DNA of 19,044 nucleotides from Synechococcus sp. UW140 (GTDB lineage Bacteria; Cyanobacteriota; Cyanobacteriia; PCC-6307; Cyanobiaceae): NCBI GenBank assembly GCA_945875915.1, contig CAMCMT010000046.1, positions 1 to 19,044 of the forward strand, read 5' to 3'. Shown piece by piece: positions 8,113 to 14,100 of this stretch (position 1 is its first letter; each line of letters starts with the position of its first letter). The notes under the pieces were generated by a model. It saw only the letters and a program-made list of their open reading frames with translations, ran no database searches and was not told where the DNA came from. The position numbers and the translations under genes were made by a program.

Positions 8113-9459
8113 GTGATCGCTAATTTCCCCCCTCTCGATGATGTTGCTGCCCCCAACCCGGCAGCAACAGAACCGGCCAGCCTGAGATCGGGCAACGACC
8201 TCGATCCCCGGTTTAACCGCTGGGGCGTGTTCGGGGCTCTGGCGGGATTCCTGATCTGGGCCATCACCAGCCCGCCTGCGGCCCCGTTCCATGCCTTCCT
8301 GCACCAGCGCGGTCCCACCCAGGTGGTCTGTCTAGTGGCTGCGGGCATGGTGAGTGCCTTTCTGGTTAGCAAGTGGCAACTGCTGCAGCGCCAGGAGCGC
8401 AAGCTGCAGCAGTTGGGGCCGGGCATCACGACCTCGCTGCAGGCGGGAAATCTGGATGGGGCCGCCCTGCAGGCGGAGCAATCGGCCTCCTTGTTGGGCA
8501 AGCGATTGCTGCGGCTGCTGGCGGTCTGGCAGGCAAGCCAATCGTCGTTTCAGTTGGAGCGAGCCGCCGATGCCGATAGCGATGGCGATCAATTGGCAAT
8601 GCAGAACAGCTATAGCCTGATCAAGGTGCTGCTCTGGGCGATTCCGATTCTGGGCTTCATCGGCACCGTGATCGGCATGTCTCAGGCGGTCGGCTCCTTT
8701 GAGTCGGTGTTGGGCAATGCCGACAACGTCGATGGCCTCAAGGCTGGACTCACCAAGGTCACCGGCGGCCTGGGCACGGCCTTTGACACCACCTATTTGG
8801 CTTTGGTGATCTCGGTGCTGCTGGCGATTCCGATCAATGCGATCGAGCGGCGCGAAGAGCAATTGCTCAATGCCATTGATCGTCGCGTGCGCGATGCCGT
8901 CCTCGTGCTCAGCCCGATGGGCGAATCGGCCGGGGGTGCCGGCCATGGCGTCTGGCAGGCAGGTCATGATTCGGTGTTGGCGCCGCTCTCCCCGCGCTCC
9001 AGCGAGCTCGGCGCCCTGATCAACGCAGCCTTTGAGCAGCACTTGCCCGATCCGTCCGTGCTGGTGGAACCGGCGCGGCACTATGCCGAACAGCTCACTA
9101 GAGCCGCCCTGGCCAAGCTCGATCCCCTCACCAACCTGGTCCGCGATTCGGTGGAAGGAGTGGCCGAGGCACGGCTGAGCCTGCAGGAGCAGGCCCAGAT
9201 CATCCGCGGCAGCATGGATGGGGCCGCCCACGAGCTCACTGCTTCTCTGCAGCAGCTCAAACCGCTGCTGCGCGATCTGCAAAGCGCCAGCACCCTGGGC
9301 ACCGTGCTGGGGGAGGAGCTGGGCACCCTCAAGGCCAACATTGCACTGCGCCGTGCGATCGAGCAGCTCAGCGGCCAGCTGCTGCAATTGGAGCAACTGC
9401 AGCGCGAGCAGCTGGTGTACAGCCAGCGGAAGCGGCAGCGGCGCTGGCCCTGGCACTGA
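8113..9459 (+). CDS. MotA/TolQ/ExbB-family ion-channel protein with a long C-terminal helical extension
   Basis: Family core read directly: LLWAIPILGFIGTVIGMSQAVGSF...LKAGLTKVTGGLGTAFDTTYLALVISVLLAIPINAIERR, with the conserved Pro in both channel helices and the TT pair. Four hydrophobic helices with a ~80-aa loop between helices 2 and 3, which is MotA-like topology. After the last helix there are ~200 aa of heptad-like, Leu/Gln/Glu-rich sequence. GTG start at 8113. Confidence 0.8.
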   Translation: MIANFPPLDDVAAPNPAATEPASLRSGNDLDPRFNRWGVFGALAGFLIWAITSPPAAPFHAFLHQRGPTQVVCLVAAGMVSAFLVSKWQLLQRQERKLQQLGPGITTSLQAGNLDGAALQAEQSASLLGKRLLRLLAVWQASQSSFQLERAADADSDGDQLAMQNSYSLIKVLLWAIPILGFIGTVIGMSQAVGSFESVLGNADNVDGLKAGLTKVTGGLGTAFDTTYLALVISVLLAIPINAIERREEQLLNAIDRRVRDAVLVLSPMGESAGGAGHGVWQAGHDSVLAPLSPRSSELGALINAAFEQHLPDPSVLVEPARHYAEQLTRAALAKLDPLTNLVRDSVEGVAEARLSLQEQAQIIRGSMDGAAHELTASLQQLKPLLRDLQSASTLGTVLGEELGTLKANIALRRAIEQLSGQLLQLEQLQREQLVYSQRKRQRRWPWH

Positions 9460-9932
9460 TGGCAAGTCGGCGCGCCATGGGCTCAGCGGTGGGTGTGGAT
9501 CTGTTCTCCTTCATGAACATCATGGCGGCGACGATCGGGGTTCAGGCCCTGCTGATCGGCTTTATCGCGCTGCAGCTTCGGCCGGGTGGCCAGAGCGTGC
9601 AGTTCGTGCCCAGCGGCAGCGGCGGCAACCACCAGGGCAAGGTGGCCAACTATGTGCTGCTGCAAGGCAAAGGCCAGCTGGAGCTTTTAGCCGATGGCCG
9701 CCGCGAGCGCGCCACGATCAACAGCCCGCAGCTGGGTGCCTTTCTCGATCGCATCGCCCAGGCCGCCGCGCCCCAATACCTGGTGATCGGTGTCAAACCG
9801 GGCACCTATCTTGAATTCAACCTGGTACGCGCCCAAGCCGAAGCCAAGGGCATCGCCCTGGGCTACGAACCGCTCGATCCTCAGTGGAGCGTGAAACCCC
9901 CGCCGGCGTCTGCGGGCGCCGTGGCCCCATGA
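9459..9932 (+). CDS. ExbD/TolR-like single-pass membrane protein, paralog 1
   Basis: The ATG shares its A with the upstream TGA (TGATG). The N-terminal segment VDLFSFMNIMAATIGVQALLIGFIAL aligns by eye to the ExbD/TolR I-N-x-T-P-F-I-D-V-M-L-V-L-L helix. The periplasmic part follows the ExbD pattern (...YLVIGVKPGTYLEFNLVRAQAEAKGIALGYEP). Size is typical at 157 aa. Confidence 0.6.
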   Translation: MASRRAMGSAVGVDLFSFMNIMAATIGVQALLIGFIALQLRPGGQSVQFVPSGSGGNHQGKVANYVLLQGKGQLELLADGRRERATINSPQLGAFLDRIAQAAAPQYLVIGVKPGTYLEFNLVRAQAEAKGIALGYEPLDPQWSVKPPPASAGAVAP

Positions 9933-10609
9933 GCAGCCCCTTGCTGCTATTGCTGAGAAGGCGCGGACGCCTGAGGGACCAGGCGCCCAAGAGCGACGAC
10001 ACCGGTCTGCTCGACACACTCACCAACTTGGTGGGCGTGATGGCGCTGATCACGGCCTTGATGAGCATTTTTGCAGCAACCGGCAGCCTCACCATCCAGG
10101 TGCCGATGGTGCGCCGATCGCAGCAGGGATTCCATCTGCTTCAAGCCAGCGCTGCTGGCATCTGGGACCTGCAACCGGCCGCCAATCAAATGCTGGAGGT
10201 CGACCGCGAGCGGGTCGCTGCCGTGAAGCGTTGCACCAGCCTGCAGAAAGCGGCGGCGCAGCAGCAGTGCAACGCCGCCCTTGATGGCTGGTCACGGCAG
10301 CAGCTGGTGGGGCCGATCCGCGTCAATGTGAGCCACGGCCAGGGGAGCCTGCAACGGGTGGGGCCACCCACAGTGCCTGCAGCCCAGCTCAAGGGCGGCG
10401 GCAGCGCCTGGCTCGACGCCACCATGGCAGCCCTGGCCCGCGACAAGCAGCCCGTGTTTGTGGTGCTCGAGAGCGACGGCTTCGCCACCTACAGGGCCAT
10501 CAAGGCCAAAGCGCAACAGCACGGCGTGCAGCTGGGCTGGGAGCCCTGGAATGCCGGGACAGCCGTCAACTTCTGGAGCAACGCGGGCCGCAGCCTCACC
10601 GTGCAATGA
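9929..10609 (+). CDS. ExbD/TolR-like single-pass membrane protein, paralog 2 (longer periplasmic part with two Cys)
   Basis: I place the start at ATG 9929 because it forms an ATGA overlap with the upstream stop; the listed ORF opens at 9884. The segment DTGLLDTLTNLVGVMALITALMSIFAA resembles the ExbD helix and includes the Asp. The C-terminal PVFVVLESDGFATYRAIKAKAQQHGVQLGWEP is clearly paralogous to the end of the previous protein. Confidence 0.55.
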   Translation: MSSPLLLLLRRRGRLRDQAPKSDDTGLLDTLTNLVGVMALITALMSIFAATGSLTIQVPMVRRSQQGFHLLQASAAGIWDLQPAANQMLEVDRERVAAVKRCTSLQKAAAQQQCNAALDGWSRQQLVGPIRVNVSHGQGSLQRVGPPTVPAAQLKGGGSAWLDATMAALARDKQPVFVVLESDGFATYRAIKAKAQQHGVQLGWEPWNAGTAVNFWSNAGRSLTVQ

Positions 10610-11109
10610 CGTGTCTCTCCATGCCCCAACGATTGCTGCCACTGCTGCTGCCCATGCTGATGGGGTTACCGCTGATGGCCCCGCTAGCGGCCCTAGCCAG
10701 CAGCGCCGTACCCAAGTTTCCAGCTGAACTGCAGCCCCTGGTCGCCGCACTCAATCGGGCGCGCTACGAGGTGAGGCTGGAACAACCTCCCCAGCAGGGC
10801 GCCTACGGTCTCACCGATACCCGCCAGCGGCGCATTTGGATCGCGCCGATCAGCATCGAGCTGGGCCTGGTGCGCGCCGCCTTGATCCATGAAGCGGTGC
10901 ATGCGGCCCAGGGCTGCCCCAAAGGCCAGCTGAAGCCGATCGGCTGGAGCGTGGAGTTGGACCGCAGAATTGAGCTTGAAATCAGCGGCCTGCTCTACAG
11001 GGGCTACCCGCGGGGCAGGTTTGAGGTGGAGCGGGAAGCGTTTTCAATGCAATCGCACCCCCGCGCGATTGAGATGCTGATCACGGCCCTCGACCGACGC
11101 TGCCGCTGA
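10606..11109 (+). CDS. Small secreted/periplasmic protein with HExxH motif (putative zinc metallopeptidase-like)
   Basis: ATGA overlap with the upstream gene. Signal-peptide-like N-terminus (LLPLLLPMLMGLPLMAPLAALASSA). HEAVH motif within RAALIHEAVHAAQGC. Downstream acidic residues (EVEREAF) could supply a third ligand. Family not recognised. Confidence 0.5.
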   Translation: MTCLSMPQRLLPLLLPMLMGLPLMAPLAALASSAVPKFPAELQPLVAALNRARYEVRLEQPPQQGAYGLTDTRQRRIWIAPISIELGLVRAALIHEAVHAAQGCPKGQLKPIGWSVELDRRIELEISGLLYRGYPRGRFEVEREAFSMQSHPRAIEMLITALDRRCR

Positions 11110-11120
11110 GGTTCAGCGGT
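11102..11120. terminator. Short hairpin spanning both convergent stop codons (possible weak bidirectional terminator)
   Basis: gCCGCTGA-ggt-TCAGCGGt forms a 7-bp stem (8 with a G-U pair) and a 3-nt loop, followed by TTTCT on the plus strand. The plus-strand TGA (11107-11109) and the minus-strand TGA (complement of 11113-11115) both sit inside the stem. Confidence 0.3.
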
Positions 11121-14100
11121 TTCTGCGCTGCGACCAGGTGAGCGCGAGGCTGAGCTCCAGCATCGCAGCCATCTTGGCCTGGTCGGGTGGCAGGGTCTGC
11201 CCATGAACGGCGCAGCGGCGCTGCAGGGCCTGAGCCACCGCCGAGTCGGCAGGCAGGGCCAAAGAAGGCTTGTTGAGCCATTGCTGCAGAGCCGCAAACT
11301 CAGCCGGGCTGGCTGCAGCCACCGCGGCCGCCAGCTCAGCTGTAGCCAGGGGAAGCCGCTGCTGCGCCAGGGCAGCCAGGCTCTGATCAGTCGCTGGTAG
11401 GGCACGATCGAGCTGCCCGTCCAGCAGAAGCAGGTCGTAGCGCTGCCCCTGCTGCTGGAGGCCGGCGAGCAGGGCGGAAGCGGCCTCCTGCCAGGCCTCG
11501 GCAGAAGCCAGATCCTGCTGCGCTAAAAGCTTCACGCCACCTGCGGTGAGCTGGGCCGCCACCAGCTGCAAGGAACCATTCTCCTGTCGGGTGAGGATCA
11601 AGGAGAGCACCAGTTGTTCTCCGGGGACTGCCGCGCCGCGGCGGCTACCCCCGACCACCCCAGCCAGCCAACCGCGCAGGCCACGCTTGCCCTGGTCCAC
11701 CGCCTTGGGCCCGTAAAGGAGATAGAGCAAACCGGCCCCCAGCGCGAGGGCATCCAGCAGGTTGCCTCCGAGCAGGTTGGTCTCGCTGAGACTGCCCAAC
11801 AGCGACGCCGGTGTTGCAAGGGCCGCCGTGGCCAAGATGGGCAAGGGATCGAGCCGCAGGCCGCGCTCCCCGGCACCCTGGCCGAGGCCCTCGGCGGTGG
11901 AGTCACCACCATCGCCAGGCCCGCGGCCCTTGGCGATCTTGTCGGCGCCGGCATCGAGCCCGCCGACACCGGCGCCCTTGCCGGCAGGGTCGCCGGCAGC
12001 GCTACCGGTGCTCGTGCCGTCGTCATCTCCAGCGCCGGTGCCCTGGGCCATCAGCCCGCTCGAGGAGCCACCCGCCGACCCGGAGCTCAACAGCATGCTG
12101 ACCTTGGCGGCATTCTCGTATTGCGAGGGATCGATATCAACCAAGCCAGGCAGTGATCCATCACTACGTAAGCGGGTCAAAACCTCGATCAAGCCAGGCG
12201 CTGCTGGTGGAGGCGCACTGCTGAGTTTTGTTGCATTCTCGGTGAGGGCAAGGGTGGTGATCACCCCGAGCTCCCGCAGAATTGTGACCGGGGCACCCGG
12301 ATCGCGGATGTTGCTTGCTGAGGGATCGTTGTCGCCGAAGACGTTGTTGCGCAGGAAAAAGCGCATGCCGGTGATGTAGTCGACCTGCTTGCCCTTCTCG
12401 CTCACCGTTTCGTAGATAAATTCAACGCCATCGCCAAGGCCCTCGCGACGGGTGAAGTCGTAATAGCCCGCGCTGGTGATGGGCGTGCCGTTCAGCTGGC
12501 GCAACGGTTGGCCATCGGCGGTCGCGATCGACCCACCCCAGGTAAAGAGTTTCTCGCCAGCTTCGTTTTTCTCGCCGGTGTCGCGTGCTCCGTAACTGGT
12601 GAGCACGTATTCAGAAACATATTTGAAATAGCGATCCTTGTCGCGGCCTTCGGGGTTGGCGGCGATCCAATCGCCGCGGCTAGTCGTTAGGGCACCGACA
12701 TTGCCGACCACTTCGGCGATCATGGTGGTGGCGGTGCGGCGCAATTCGATCGTGATCTCGCCCGTGAGGGTGCCAGCCTGATAGCCAACGGTGACCTGTT
12801 GCTTGGCCCCTTCGGTGGTCAGGCCGGCGTAGGCAGCATGGAGGGGATCAAAGCTCCAGGCCCCACTGCTGGAGAGCGTGAAGCCCGCCGGTGCGGAGCC
12901 AGGCACAACCGTATAGATGAGCTCGTCGTTGCTGCGCAGTTGGCCCGAGAGGGTCGAGCGATACAGAAGGGTGTGGGTGGGATCGGGGCCGCCATTCGCC
13001 CAGCTGGTGGGTGCCCAGGCGTTGATCGGCAGATCAAACAGGAACGGCACCGCCGAAGGGAGGTAGTTGACCTCCTGTCCATCCAGCACCGTATTGCCGC
13101 CGAGGGCGGCCAGATAGAGAGCGTTGTCGCTCTTCAGCTGGCTGTAGATGGAGGTGTTGAGACCCTTGGGCTGTCCGACTGTCTGGATGGTGCCGTTGCC
13201 ACCGGCAGGAGCCTGGAAGCCGGTGTCTGGGTTGGTGGGATCTAGAGCCAGCACCGCCTGAATCGCCTGCTCATCGCTAGTGAGACCGGCAATGCGCATG
13301 CCGGCACGACCTGAAGCTTTGTTGGTGTCGATCAGGATCTGCACCTTCAGCTCCGTGGTGAGAGCTGGATCGCCGCTCGGCGCCGGGCTATCGGTTACCT
13401 CGAGGCGCAGCTCGCCGAGCCGTTCAGCAGCCGTGAGCTTTTCGACGCCGCGGGCTGGCCTGAAGATCAGATCACGCAGCTGATCGAGGCTGTAGGTCTG
13501 CCCCTGAACTACAGCTGTGACGCCGCCGGCCAGCAACACTTGGCCGACCGTGGCATTCGGAAGCTGGGAGATGCGGTAGAGCAGCTGCTGCTGACTGGCC
13601 TGCTCGAGCGCATCACCACCGGCTCTGAACAGCAGATTGACCAGGCCAACGCTCACCGTCATGTACAGGTTCGTGACCGGATCGACTATCAATTTGGTGT
13701 TATCGATGAGGAGAGGCGCCAGCTCTGCTAGTGAGGTGCGTACCGGCGTGTCGTTCACCGCCAGCACGTTGATCGTGAAGGTCTCCGTTGTCGTCAGGCC
13801 GCCCTGCGCCGCTGCTCCGTCGCTCACCGCATAGGTGAGGGTGCCGGTGCCATAGGCATCCGCTGCCGCCCGGAACTGCAGAGCCTGCATCTGCTCCTGG
13901 CTCAGCTGGGCACCTGGCGTCACGGGGGAAAAAGCATTGTTGGCATCCAGCAGGCCGAGCTGCCCCAACCGAGCGGCCGGCACCGCCGTGACCGTGAAGG
14001 TCAACGTCTGGGTGGCCTCATCGGCTCCCGGGATCTGGCGCAGCTGATCGCTGGCCGGATCACGCCCAGCTCCGGTGGCCCAAGCCAGATTGGCCAAGCC

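Noticed and set aside
8332-9465. 377-aa minus-strand ORF antisense to the MotA-like gene, plus similar long antisense or off-frame ORFs (e.g. 4903-5544, 6958-7494, 7729-8304, 10292-10750, 11614-12379, 15781-16074)
   Set aside because: All lie inside genes with strong family signatures on the other strand or frame and have a low-complexity Arg/Gly/Pro/Gln-rich composition. They are treated as high-GC artefacts.
8113-9932. Possible Zorya-type (ZorA/ZorB) anti-phage system, suggested by the long tail on the MotA-like protein
   Set aside because: The partner proteins look ExbD/TolR-like and lack an OmpA/MotB-type peptidoglycan-binding domain. No ZorC/D/E-like nuclease or helicase genes follow. 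The tail (~200 aa) is much shorter than I recall for ZorA. I kept it only as an analogy.
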